From contig VXSV01000047.1 of assembly GCA_009837815.1 (NCBI GenBank), forward strand, positions 1 through 48,867: a stretch of DNA of 48,867 nt, in the 5' to 3' direction. The position numbers and the translations under genes were made by a program. This DNA is from Acidimicrobiia bacterium. Lineage in GTDB: Bacteria; Actinomycetota; Acidimicrobiia; Spongiisociales; ZC4RG35. Each line of letters starts with the position of its first letter. Within the stretch, counting starts at the first letter, position 1. Below are positions 9,303-18,162 of the stretch, piece after piece. The notes below the pieces were generated by a model. It saw nothing but the letters and a program-made list of their open reading frames with translations. It had not been told where the DNA came from and searched no databases.

Positions 9303-9776
9303 TTGACGGTAGCTCTCTGTCCGGGAAGTTTTGATCCGCCCACCAGCGGGCATGTGGATGTGATACGCCGGTGCGCGCGGCTGTTCGACCGGGTTGTGGT
9401 AGGGGTGGTGGCCAACCCTTCGAAGCAGTCTTTCTTCACCCTTTCCGAGCGGGTCGACTTCCTGCACAACGCCCTGTCGGACCTTCCCCAGGTGGTGGTC
9501 CGCCACTATCAGGGCCTCCTGGTTGACTTCGCCCGCCAGGAGGGGGCGGCCGTGCTGGTCAAGGGCTTGAGGGCGGTGAGCGACTTCGACACCGAGCTGC
9601 AGATGGCGCAGATGAATCAGACGGTGGGGGGAATCGAGACAATGTTCATGCCCACCCGTCCGGAGTGGAGTTTCCTCTCCTCCTCGCTGATCCGGGAAGT
9701 CGCCGCACTGGGAGGGTCGGTGCAAGGACTGGTCCCCGACGATGTCGCCAAAGCTATGAAGGAGCGTTTTTCATGA
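9303..9776 (+). CDS. coaD: Phosphopantetheine adenylyltransferase
   Basis: PGSFDPPTSGH, KGLRAVSDF and SSSLIRE motifs. Confidence 0.97.
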   Translation: MTVALCPGSFDPPTSGHVDVIRRCARLFDRVVVGVVANPSKQSFFTLSERVDFLHNALSDLPQVVVRHYQGLLVDFARQEGAAVLVKGLRAVSDFDTELQMAQMNQTVGGIETMFMPTRPEWSFLSSSLIREVAALGGSVQGLVPDDVAKAMKERFS

Positions 9777-10306
9777 CCGATCAGCAAGCCTCTCTCGGCC
9801 AGCCGTCCGAGGTTGTTCCGGTCCGCTCCTCGGTGGGTCACCTGCTCGGATTGGTGGAGGAAATGATCGACGAGGTCCGCCAGGCCCGTTCTCTCCCCCT
9901 TTCCCAGAACGCCCTGGTCGACCGCGAAAAGATGCTGTCTCGTCTCGACGCCCTGCTAAGAGGCCTCCCCGAAGAGTTGCGGGCCGCCCGATGGATGGTC
10001 CGTGAGAGGGAGACTTTCATGCGCCGCGCCGGCGAGCAGGCCGAAGAGATCGTCAATCGTGCGCGTTCGGAGTCCAAGCGCCTGGTCAGCCAGAGCCACA
10101 TCCTCGAGGAAGCGGTCGCCGAGGCAAATGCGCTGGTCCGCAGGGCAGAGGGCGAGGCGCGGCGGACAAGGTTGGAAGCCGAGGACATGGCCGACGCGGT
10201 GCTCGAATCCCTGGAGACCCTCATCGGGGACCTGGCCGCCAAGGTCAGCGCCACCCGCACCGTTCTCCACCGGTCCCGACCAGCAGATCCGGCGCCGCCC
10301 ATCTGA
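9773..10306 (+). CDS. Conserved coiled-coil protein of the coaD-DUF177 locus (DivIVA/ATPase-like annotation)
   Basis: ARSLPLS..VDRE..LPEELRAARW pattern; ATGA overlap with coaD; conserved position. Confidence 0.75.
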   Translation: MTDQQASLGQPSEVVPVRSSVGHLLGLVEEMIDEVRQARSLPLSQNALVDREKMLSRLDALLRGLPEELRAARWMVRERETFMRRAGEQAEEIVNRARSESKRLVSQSHILEEAVAEANALVRRAEGEARRTRLEAEDMADAVLESLETLIGDLAAKVSATRTVLHRSRPADPAPPI

Positions 10307-10316
10307 GAGATCCGCC

Positions 10317-10790
10317 GTGCAGGTTCAGGTGTCGCACCTTCTCGGGACCCCGGGACGGACCGATCGGCGTCAGTGGGATGTTCCCCTGGTCGTGGAGATG
10401 CCCGTGGTCAAAGCCGGACGGGCCCGGGTCGATCTGGTTCTGGAGGGGGACCGCGACGGGGTGCGGGTGAGCGGAACGGTGTGTGTGGACGCCCAGGTCA
10501 GTTGCTACCGGTGCCTGGAAGAGTGGGAGGAGGAGCGGGTGGTTGCCCTGGACCGGACGGTCAGACGCCTCCCGGACTCCGATGGGTATTGCATCACCGA
10601 GGACGGATGGCTGCGCCTGGATGGGATTGTCGTCGACGAGGTGGTACTCTCTTTGCCGACTGCACCTCTGTGCGAGAGGGACTGTCGCGGGATCTGTTCC
10701 GGATGCGGCATCCATTTGAACGCAGAAGAATGTAAATGTGTTGTTGAGGACCGGCCGTCCCCGTTTTCGGTCCTGTCCAACTTCCTATAG
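10317..10790 (+). CDS. DUF177/YceD family protein
   Basis: CYRCL and PLCERDCRGICSGCG Cys motifs; directly upstream of rpmF; GTG at 10317. Confidence 0.9.
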   Translation: MQVQVSHLLGTPGRTDRRQWDVPLVVEMPVVKAGRARVDLVLEGDRDGVRVSGTVCVDAQVSCYRCLEEWEEERVVALDRTVRRLPDSDGYCITEDGWLRLDGIVVDEVVLSLPTAPLCERDCRGICSGCGIHLNAEECKCVVEDRPSPFSVLSNFL

Positions 10791-10802
10791 GAGAGTCGCC
10801 CC

Positions 10803-10979
10803 ATGGCTGTTCCCAAGAAAAAGAGTTCCAAGATGCGCACCAGGCACAGAAAGGCGGCCTGGAAAGTCCGCCCGCCCACTCTTTCCCGCTGCCCGCAGTG
10901 CCAAGCCCCCCGGCTGGCCCACCGGGCATGCCGGGAGTGCGGTGGCTATCGAGGACGTGAAATAGTCGAAGTCGAGTAG
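10803..10979 (+). CDS. rpmF: 50S ribosomal protein L32
   Basis: Not in the ORF track. Manual translation: MAVPKKKSSKMRTRHRKAAWKVRPPTLSRCPQCQAPRLAHRACRECGGYRGREIVEVE (58 aa); AGGAG upstream. Confidence 0.97.
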   Translation: MAVPKKKSSKMRTRHRKAAWKVRPPTLSRCPQCQAPRLAHRACRECGGYRGREIVEVE

Positions 10980-11953
10980 TGCCCACCATCGCCCTGGATG
11001 CCGGCGGGGGTGACTTCGCTCCCCGGGAGACGGTGGCCGGAGCGGTAGCGGCGGCCGCCCAGGGGATTGACGTGCTCCTGGTGGGGAATCGCCCCGTTCT
11101 GCAGACAGAGCTGGATCACCAGGAGGCGGAGTTGCCGATCGTGCACGCCCCGGCGGTGGTTGGAATGGGAGACTTTCCTATCAGGGCCATCCGGGAGGTG
11201 CCGGACTCTTCGGTGGTGGTGTGCGGAAACCTGGTCTCCTCGGGAGAGGCCGACGGGTTCGTCTCGGCGGGCTCCACAGGAGCCTCCCTGGCGGTGGCGG
11301 CCGTGGGTATCGGCCGGCTGCCGGGGGTGTCGAGGCCGGCGATCGCCAGCCTCCTGACCATTCCGTGGAATCCGACGGTCCTCTGCGACGCGGGCGCCAA
11401 CCTGGTGGTGCGGCCCAGCCAACTGGAGGAGTTCGCAGTGATGGGATCGGTGGTGGCCGAGACCACCGCCGGCGTCGACAACCCACGGGTGGGACTGCTC
11501 AACAACGGCTCGGAAGACTCCAAGGGCAGAGAGATGGAGAGGGAGGGGCTTGCTCTCCTTCGCAGAGCCCCCGTGAACTTCGTGGGGAATGTCGAGGGGA
11601 CTGATTTCGCCACCGGGGCGGTGGACGTGATCGTTACCGACGGTTTCACCGGGAATATCTTCTTGAAGACGGTGGAGGCCTCGGTGGTGATGGCAGCCAA
11701 GGCATTCTTCTCGCTGCTGGCGGAGAACGAGCCCGAGACCGAGGAGAAGATACGGCCACAGTTCTCCGCACAGGGCCGCAAGCTGATGGACGACCGTCAC
11801 GCCGGCGCTCACCTGGTGGGCGCAAAGGGCATCGCGGTGATCGCCCACGGGCACGCCCGCAGTTCGGCCATCGCCAAGGCGCTGCAGATGGCGCACGAGG
11901 GTTCCAGGTACCGGCTTCCGGATCGGATCGGGGAGAGATTCCTCTGCCGTTGA
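10979..11953 (+). CDS. plsX: Phosphate acyltransferase PlsX
   Basis: IALDAGGGDFAP, SAGSTGA, RPAI, GNVEG, TDGFTGN and IAHG motifs. Confidence 0.95.
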   Translation: MPTIALDAGGGDFAPRETVAGAVAAAAQGIDVLLVGNRPVLQTELDHQEAELPIVHAPAVVGMGDFPIRAIREVPDSSVVVCGNLVSSGEADGFVSAGSTGASLAVAAVGIGRLPGVSRPAIASLLTIPWNPTVLCDAGANLVVRPSQLEEFAVMGSVVAETTAGVDNPRVGLLNNGSEDSKGREMEREGLALLRRAPVNFVGNVEGTDFATGAVDVIVTDGFTGNIFLKTVEASVVMAAKAFFSLLAENEPETEEKIRPQFSAQGRKLMDDRHAGAHLVGAKGIAVIAHGHARSSAIAKALQMAHEGSRYRLPDRIGERFLCR

Positions 11954-12726
11954 ACCACCTGCAGAAGCGTTTGGGTTATCGGTTCTCGTCGCCTGAGTTG
12001 CTCCTGAACGCGCTCACACACAGCTCCTATGCCAACGAGATGGGCATCCCCGACAACGAACGGCTTGAGTTCCTGGGCGACACCGTCCTGCAAATGGTGG
12101 TAACCCGCCACCTGTTCGGGGAGTATCCGCACCTGCGGGAGGGCCAGATGACCAGGGTGCGGGCGGCGGTGGTGCGGAAGGAGTCGCTGGCGCAGGTGGC
12201 GGAGGTGCTCGACCTGGGAGAAGGCCTCCGTCTGGGCAAAGGCCAGGAGCAATCAGGCCGTCACAACGTGAGCATCCTGGCCGACGCCATGGAAGCTGTC
12301 ATAGGAGCCGTCTACACCGACGGCGGATGGAAACCGGCCGAACGCCTGATAATGACCAACTGGCGGGAGATGATCGACACCCAGGCTGCCGCACCCGACG
12401 CGCTTGACGCCAAGACCCAGCTCCAAGAGTTGCTGGCCACAGAAGGCAAGACCCCCCAATACCGTGTCACCGGGGAGGGCCCCGGTCACGCTCGCCGTTT
12501 CGAGGCGGAGGTATGGGTGGATGAGAAGTGCTCCGGGACCGGTGAAGGACCCACCCACCGCCTGGCCGAGCAGCAGGCGGCGCGTAGCGCCATCGAGACG
12601 CTCTTTTCCGGTACGATCCCGGCCCGCCCCCGGGCGAAGCCCCCCGTATCCGCAGCCCCTCGGGCAGTCGGACCACGGGAGTCCCCCCAATGGTGGTGGA
12701 TGAAACGCCGGCCGAAGAAACCTTGA
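11950..12726 (+). CDS. rnc: Ribonuclease III
   Basis: NERLEFLGD signature, ADAMEAVIGAVY, and a dsRBD (DAKTQLQE). Confidence 0.96.
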   Translation: MNHLQKRLGYRFSSPELLLNALTHSSYANEMGIPDNERLEFLGDTVLQMVVTRHLFGEYPHLREGQMTRVRAAVVRKESLAQVAEVLDLGEGLRLGKGQEQSGRHNVSILADAMEAVIGAVYTDGGWKPAERLIMTNWREMIDTQAAAPDALDAKTQLQELLATEGKTPQYRVTGEGPGHARRFEAEVWVDEKCSGTGEGPTHRLAEQQAARSAIETLFSGTIPARPRAKPPVSAAPRAVGPRESPQWWWMKRRPKKP

Positions 12727-12738
12727 TCTGAGCGGAGA

Positions 12739-13575
12739 ATGCCGGAACTGCCCGAAGTGGAGACGGTGCGCCGGGCCATCCGGTCCGAACTCGAGGGCCG
12801 CAGGGTGGCTTCCGCCCGGATATGTCATCCCCGCACCGCCCGCCGCCACGCCCGCCACACCGACGTGGAGGACAGGTTGGTGGGTCGGCGCGTCAATCGG
12901 GTGGGTCGGCTCGGAAAGTTCCTGCTGATCGGGGTGGACGGCGATCTCACCTGGGTGATGCATTTGGGGATGTCGGGGCGTATCAGCCTGTGTGAACCCG
13001 GCGATCCGATGGAGATCCACACCCGCTTTTGGGCCGAGATGGAACCGGGCCCCTCGTTGCGCATGATCGATCCGAGGACTTTCGGGTTCGTGGCGGTGTT
13101 CACCCCCGAGGAGTTGGATGGTTCCACCCTGGCCCGGCTGGGCGCCGACGCCTGGGAGGACCTCCCCTCGGCCGGTTGGCTGTTCGAGGCGATGAGGTCG
13201 CGGACCACTCCCATCAAGAGCCTGCTCCTGGACCAGCGCTTCCTGGCGGGCCTGGGGAACATCTACTCCGATGAGGTGCTCCATCGGGCGGGGATCCACC
13301 CCACCCGCCGGTCGGGAGGGCTGTCGTTGGAGGAGGTGGGCCGGATCCGCTCGGAGGTGCGTCCGGTCCTGGCGGAGGGGATCAGCCGGGGAGGCGTCAG
13401 TCTGGATGATCTCGCCTACCTGTTGCCGGATGGCCGGGCCGGGGGCTTCCTGGAGTATCTGGCAGTGTACGGCCGGGAGGGCCTGGCATGCCGGTCCTGT
13501 CAGTCCCCGATCCGGAGGATGGTGATCAACGCCAGGTCTTCTTTCTTCTGTCCGGAGTGCCAGGCAGGGCCCTGA
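12739..13575 (+). CDS. mutM: Formamidopyrimidine-DNA glycosylase (Fpg)
   Basis: MPELPEVE, HLGMSG, GLGNIYSDE and a C-terminal CxxC..CxxCQ zinc finger. Confidence 0.97.
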   Translation: MPELPEVETVRRAIRSELEGRRVASARICHPRTARRHARHTDVEDRLVGRRVNRVGRLGKFLLIGVDGDLTWVMHLGMSGRISLCEPGDPMEIHTRFWAEMEPGPSLRMIDPRTFGFVAVFTPEELDGSTLARLGADAWEDLPSAGWLFEAMRSRTTPIKSLLLDQRFLAGLGNIYSDEVLHRAGIHPTRRSGGLSLEEVGRIRSEVRPVLAEGISRGGVSLDDLAYLLPDGRAGGFLEYLAVYGREGLACRSCQSPIRRMVINARSSFFCPECQAGP

Positions 13576-13638
13576 GAGGGGCCGTCGAGCGAACAAACCA
13601 CCGAAAAAGGGCGGGAATCCATTAATTTGGGTTTGCGG

Positions 13639-16600
13639 ATGTTTCTGAAGTCCATCGCTGTCGCCGGGTTCAAGTCCTTTGCCAAGCGGACCACTCTCGA
13701 GTTTGGTCCGGGGATCACGGTGATCGTCGGTCCGAACGGCTCGGGAAAGTCCAACATCGTGGATGCGGTGGCCTGGGCAACGGGAAGCCAGGCCACCCGG
13801 ACGCTACGCGCCGACCGCTCCGACGAATTACTGTTCTGCGGGACGGCCACGCTGCCGGCGTCGTCCCGGGCGGAGGTGACGCTCGTGTTCGACAACACCT
13901 CGGGTGTCCTGCCCATCGATCGCCCGGAGGTGTCGGTCACCCGCCGCTACCACCGCTCGGGTGAGTCCGAGTTCGAGATCAACCGGGTCTCGTGTCGGCT
14001 GCTGGACATCACCGAATTGCTGGCCGAGGCGGGCATTTGGAAAACCCGGTATGCATTGGTGGGACAGGGACAGATCGAGCGGGTCCTCAATGCCTCTCCG
14101 TCCGAACACCGGAAGGTCTTGGAGGAGGCGGCCGGAGTGGGCAAGCACCTCTGGCGCCGGGACAAGGCGGTCCGACGCCTGGAGTCCACCGGAGCGGACC
14201 TGGATCGCATCGCAGACCTGATCGCGGAAAAGCAGCGGAGGATGCGTCCTCTGCGCCGCCAGGCCGAGGCGTTGGGGCGGTATCAGCGCCTGTCGGGAGA
14301 GATCAGGGCGTTGCGCACCTTCCTGGAGGGAAAGAGGCTCCGGGAACTCGACGAAGAACTGGCCAACGCCGTGGCAAGTCGCAAGAGATGGCATGAAAGG
14401 CGTTCGGAGGCGGCAGCAGACCGTGAGCGGGGCGTGCAGGCGCTTTCGGAGGCCGAATCATCACTTGAGGATCTCCGCTCCGATCCGGCGGACCGGGCGC
14501 TGCAGGATTGGGAGATGGCCACCGAGCGGATGCGTCGCCTGTCGGAGGTGGCCGCCCTGCAGAACGAGGCCCTCCGTCGACGCCGCCAGATGGAGGCGCT
14601 GGGACGATCGCTGGTCGAGGAGCGGGTCTCTCTGGAGCAGGGCATGGAGAAAGTGGATGGCGAGATAGCGTCCTGCGAGCAGGCTGTGGAGATCGCCCGC
14701 TCCGCCCAGGCCCGGCTGGCCGGGGAGGAACGGAGGCTGGCAGTCTTGAAGGGCGCGGGCGCGGAGGCGGAACTGGGGGGACTGGAGAATGAGCTGGCCG
14801 GGTTGGAGGCCGCCTGGGAGAGAGATCTGGGGGAACTGGAGGGGGTCGAGGCCCGGCTTTCCGAGCTGGCGGCCACCGCCGAGCGTCTGGAGTCTGGGAT
14901 GGAGGAGGCGGAGCAGGCACTCGCCGGGGCGGAGGCCCTGCATCTATCGGAGGAGGAAGAAATGAAACGGGCCGCCCGGCGGGCCAGGGAGACGAGGCGG
15001 CAGTTGAGGGCGGCGGAGGAGCGGGCGGCGGAGGCCCGCGCGGCAATGGCAGAGGCGACGGGGAGGCTGGAAGCGGCCCGGGCGGCCCTGAAGGCCCGGG
15101 ATCCGGCCCGGAGAAGCCAGGTGGAGGCCCTCAGCGGGTGGACGGGATGGGTATCCCAACTTCTCTCCGTACCCGAGGAGTTGGCCGCGGCGGTGGAGGC
15201 GGCGTTGGAGAGATGGGCAGAGGCCGGCGTGTTCGAGGGACCAGTGGGGCTCGGAAACGCGGTGGACAGGTTGGGAGAAGCAGGGGGCCCCGGGGGGCCC
15301 GTCTCGATGGTCAGCCTCCGCTTTCCAGGACGGCTGGAGAGTTCCGCCCGGTCGGCAGCCTTGTCGGGTAGCAGGTTCAAGCCGCTCCTGGACCTGCTGG
15401 AGGAGGACCCCCAGGCCGCTTTGGCGATGCGGCTTTTGGGCGATGTGGTTGTGGTGGAAGACTGGCGAACCGGGTGGGAAGTGGTAGGGAGCCATCCACA
15501 CCTTCGAGCGGTTACCCGCCGGGGAGACCTGATAACCGCCCGGGGGATCCGTCTCTGCGGCGGGGTCCGCCTGCCCGATCTGGCGGCGGCGGTGGCGAAT
15601 GCGGAGGAGGCCGGCCGGTCCTGTGAGCACCTCCGGGAGGAGCTGCGGCGAGTGGGCGCCGAGGCGCGGTCGGGAGAGGAAGCCCAGGAAGAGTCCACCG
15701 CCCGGTGGAACGAACGCCGCCGCTCGCTGCTGGAGTCCCAGCAGAGGCGGGATCGGGTGGAGTCGCGTTGGACCGAACTCCAGGGGCAGTCCCGCCGCCT
15801 GGAGGAGCGGAGGGACTCACTCAGGGAGGAACAAGCGGCTCGGCGGGGCCGCATGGCCGAGTTGAAGGAGCGGATCACCCGGCTGCGCGGCCGACGGGTG
15901 GACGCCGCCGGCGAGGCGCGGCGACTGGCCGAGCGACTGGAGCGGGCTTCTGAAGACCGGGTGGCGGCCGAGGAGGAGCACCGGTCCCGAATCACCGAAC
16001 TCAGCCGTCTAAGGGAGGAGAGACGGCTGGGACAGGCCCGGCACGAAAAGGTCGTGATGGAGTTGACGAGGGTTTCCTTCCTGCCCGAGGAGGCCCCCGA
16101 CCACTCCGAGGAGGTGGCTGAGTTGGCCGCTGCGGCGCTCGGGGTGATGTCCGCCCGGCGGGAGGCGCTGGTCTCAATCGACCGGGCGTCAAAGGAGAGG
16201 TTCCGGGAGGTGGCGGCCGAATCGGGGCGGATCCGGGAAGCCATCGGCCAGGCCGATGAGACCGAGCGCCGCGCCACGGGCGAGTTGGAAGGGCTGATTG
16301 CCGAGGTCTCCCGGTTGGAGTCCCGCCGCCAGGCGGTTACCGAGAGCCTCCGAATGGTGGGCGCCGATCCCACAGAGGCGGTCACCGCGCCGGTCCCCGA
16401 GACGGAAGACCCCGAGGGGACGCTGCGGTCCCTGGTGGCCGAACTGGAACGGGCGGGACCCATGAACCACTACGCCGCCCTGGATTTGTCGGAACTGGAG
16501 TCGGAGGTCTCGGAGTTGTCAGCGCAGCGCGACGACATCGTCGAATCCGGAGAACGCCTGGGCAGGGTAATCGCAGAGTTGGAGAGGGAGGCGACCGATC

Positions 16601-17094
16601 GTTACCTGGCCACTTTCCGGGAGACGGCTACCTCTTTCGAACGATCATTCGGTCAGGTCTTCCCGGGTGGCCGGGGCCGGCTTCGCCTGGTGGATTCGGC
16701 CGATCCGCTCGGCTCGGGAGTGGAGATCCGAGCCCAGCCTTCGGGGAAACGGGTGTCGCGGCTCAGCCTGCTGTCGGGAGGAGAGCGAGCTTTGGGGGCT
16801 CTGGCCTTTCTGTTTGCGATGATGAAGACCCGCCCGTCTCCCTTCTACCTGCTTGATGAAGTGGACGCCACCTTGGACTCGGCCAACCTGCACCGAGTTC
16901 TCGGGATGGTCCGAGAACTCAGCTCGGAGGCACAAATCCTGGTAATAACCCACCAGCCCCAGACCGCCGAGGCCGCCGACCTGCTCTACGGGGTGACCAT
17001 GCCCCCCGGAGGCGCCACCCGGGTGGTCTCCGTGGGCATGGACCAGGCCGGTACCGGTCTGCCAGGCCTGCAACCTCCCGCCAAGTCCGCCTGA
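13639..17094 (+). CDS. smc: Chromosome segregation protein SMC
   Basis: GFKSF, Walker A GPNGSGKSN, long coiled coils, LSGGE signature, Walker B LLDEVD. Confidence 0.95.
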   Translation: MFLKSIAVAGFKSFAKRTTLEFGPGITVIVGPNGSGKSNIVDAVAWATGSQATRTLRADRSDELLFCGTATLPASSRAEVTLVFDNTSGVLPIDRPEVSVTRRYHRSGESEFEINRVSCRLLDITELLAEAGIWKTRYALVGQGQIERVLNASPSEHRKVLEEAAGVGKHLWRRDKAVRRLESTGADLDRIADLIAEKQRRMRPLRRQAEALGRYQRLSGEIRALRTFLEGKRLRELDEELANAVASRKRWHERRSEAAADRERGVQALSEAESSLEDLRSDPADRALQDWEMATERMRRLSEVAALQNEALRRRRQMEALGRSLVEERVSLEQGMEKVDGEIASCEQAVEIARSAQARLAGEERRLAVLKGAGAEAELGGLENELAGLEAAWERDLGELEGVEARLSELAATAERLESGMEEAEQALAGAEALHLSEEEEMKRAARRARETRRQLRAAEERAAEARAAMAEATGRLEAARAALKARDPARRSQVEALSGWTGWVSQLLSVPEELAAAVEAALERWAEAGVFEGPVGLGNAVDRLGEAGGPGGPVSMVSLRFPGRLESSARSAALSGSRFKPLLDLLEEDPQAALAMRLLGDVVVVEDWRTGWEVVGSHPHLRAVTRRGDLITARGIRLCGGVRLPDLAAAVANAEEAGRSCEHLREELRRVGAEARSGEEAQEESTARWNERRRSLLESQQRRDRVESRWTELQGQSRRLEERRDSLREEQAARRGRMAELKERITRLRGRRVDAAGEARRLAERLERASEDRVAAEEEHRSRITELSRLREERRLGQARHEKVVMELTRVSFLPEEAPDHSEEVAELAAAALGVMSARREALVSIDRASKERFREVAAESGRIREAIGQADETERRATGELEGLIAEVSRLESRRQAVTESLRMVGADPTEAVTAPVPETEDPEGTLRSLVAELERAGPMNHYAALDLSELESEVSELSAQRDDIVESGERLGRVIAELEREATDRYLATFRETATSFERSFGQVFPGGRGRLRLVDSADPLGSGVEIRAQPSGKRVSRLSLLSGGERALGALAFLFAMMKTRPSPFYLLDEVDATLDSANLHRVLGMVRELSSEAQILVITHQPQTAEAADLLYGVTMPPGGATRVVSVGMDQAGTGLPGLQPPAKSA

Positions 17095-17135
17095 ACACCA
17101 AGCCTCCGCGCCAACCCCATTTGGAGTTCGTTCGG

Positions 17136-17161
17136 TACACTTCGGGTCAGGTAGCTGACTC
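17136..17161 (+). promoter_or_regulatory. Putative -10 box (TACACT) and a hairpin directly before the DUF488 start
   Basis: TACACT at 17136-17141; stem GGGTCAG-gtag-CTGACTC at 17144-17161 ends at the TTG. Confidence 0.35.
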
Positions 17162-17773
17162 TTGAGCACCAGTGACACATTTCCTGAGCAGGCCCCGGGG
17201 CTGCTGTCGATCGGTCACTCGAATCATGCTTTTGATGATCTGGTGAAGCTTCTGAAAATGCACCGGGTGGAGGCGGTAGCAGATGTGCGCAGCTCACCCC
17301 ACTCAGGGTTCAACCCCCAATTCAATAGGCAGGATCTGCGACATGGGTTGAAAGCGGCGGGAATTCGATACGTTTTCCTGGGAGAGGAACTAGGTGGACG
17401 TCCCGAGGGGGCCGAGTTCTACGACTCTGACAGCCGCGTTCAATATGGGCGGGTGGCTGAGACGGTCTTGTTTCAGTCCGGCCTCCGACGGCTTGTTGAA
17501 GCGGGCAACCGCTACCGCACAGCCATTCTATGCAGCGAGGAGGACCCGGTGGGGTGTCATCGGTACCTACTCATAACGCGGGCGCTCTCCAACCAAGGAG
17601 TCGAAGTGATCCACATCCGGGGCGACGGCGCCCTGCAACGCCCGCAGGAGTTGCCGTCATTCGATCCTGAGTACCGGGAGGCTACGCTTTTTGGAGAGGA
17701 GGTGAGGAGCTCATGGAGATCTACACGATCGGCTTCACCAAGAAGTCGGCCGAAGACTTCTTCGCGTCGCTGA
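17162..17773 (+). CDS. DUF488 family protein (copy 1)
   Basis: SIGHSNH, DVRSSPHS, ELGGRP and LCSEEDPVGCHR motifs. Confidence 0.9.
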   Translation: MSTSDTFPEQAPGLLSIGHSNHAFDDLVKLLKMHRVEAVADVRSSPHSGFNPQFNRQDLRHGLKAAGIRYVFLGEELGGRPEGAEFYDSDSRVQYGRVAETVLFQSGLRRLVEAGNRYRTAILCSEEDPVGCHRYLLITRALSNQGVEVIHIRGDGALQRPQELPSFDPEYREATLFGEEVRSSWRSTRSASPRSRPKTSSRR

Positions 17774-18153
17774 GGCGCAACCGCATCAAACGGCTCGTGG
17801 ATGTCAGGGCCAACAACACCTCACAGTTGGCCGGCTTCACGAAACAGAATGACCTTGTCTTTTTCCTGGGGGACCTGCTGGGAGCCGACTACTTCCATGA
17901 GCCCCTGTTTGCCCCCACCAAGGAACTCCTCAAGGCGTATCGCAATAAAAATGGTCTCACTTGGGATGAATACGAGTCGGACTTCTTGGATCTCCTGTCG
18001 GAACGCCAGGTGGAAGTGGAGATTTCCAGGGATCTCTTCCTCCCTCGGACCGTGTTGTTGTGCAGTGAGGCAACCTCCGATCTCTGCCACCGGCGACTGG
18101 TCATCGATTATCTGGATGGGTCTTGGGGCAACGTACAAGCCGTCCATTTGTAG
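17713..18153 (+). CDS. DUF488 family protein (copy 2, different subtype)
   Basis: IYTIGFTKKSAEDFF, DVRANNTSQLAGF and LLCSE..CHRRLV motifs; GAGGAG before the ATG. Confidence 0.9.
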   Translation: MEIYTIGFTKKSAEDFFASLRRNRIKRLVDVRANNTSQLAGFTKQNDLVFFLGDLLGADYFHEPLFAPTKELLKAYRNKNGLTWDEYESDFLDLLSERQVEVEISRDLFLPRTVLLCSEATSDLCHRRLVIDYLDGSWGNVQAVHL

Positions 18154-18162
18154 CGACTCTCG

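Noticed and set aside
14283-16463. 726-aa antisense ORF, and similar long ORFs opposite or overlapping core genes (e.g. 19946..21757, 24627..26048, 41288..42991)
   Set aside because: Shadow frames expected in high-GC coding DNA; they carry no family motifs and overlap well-supported genes.
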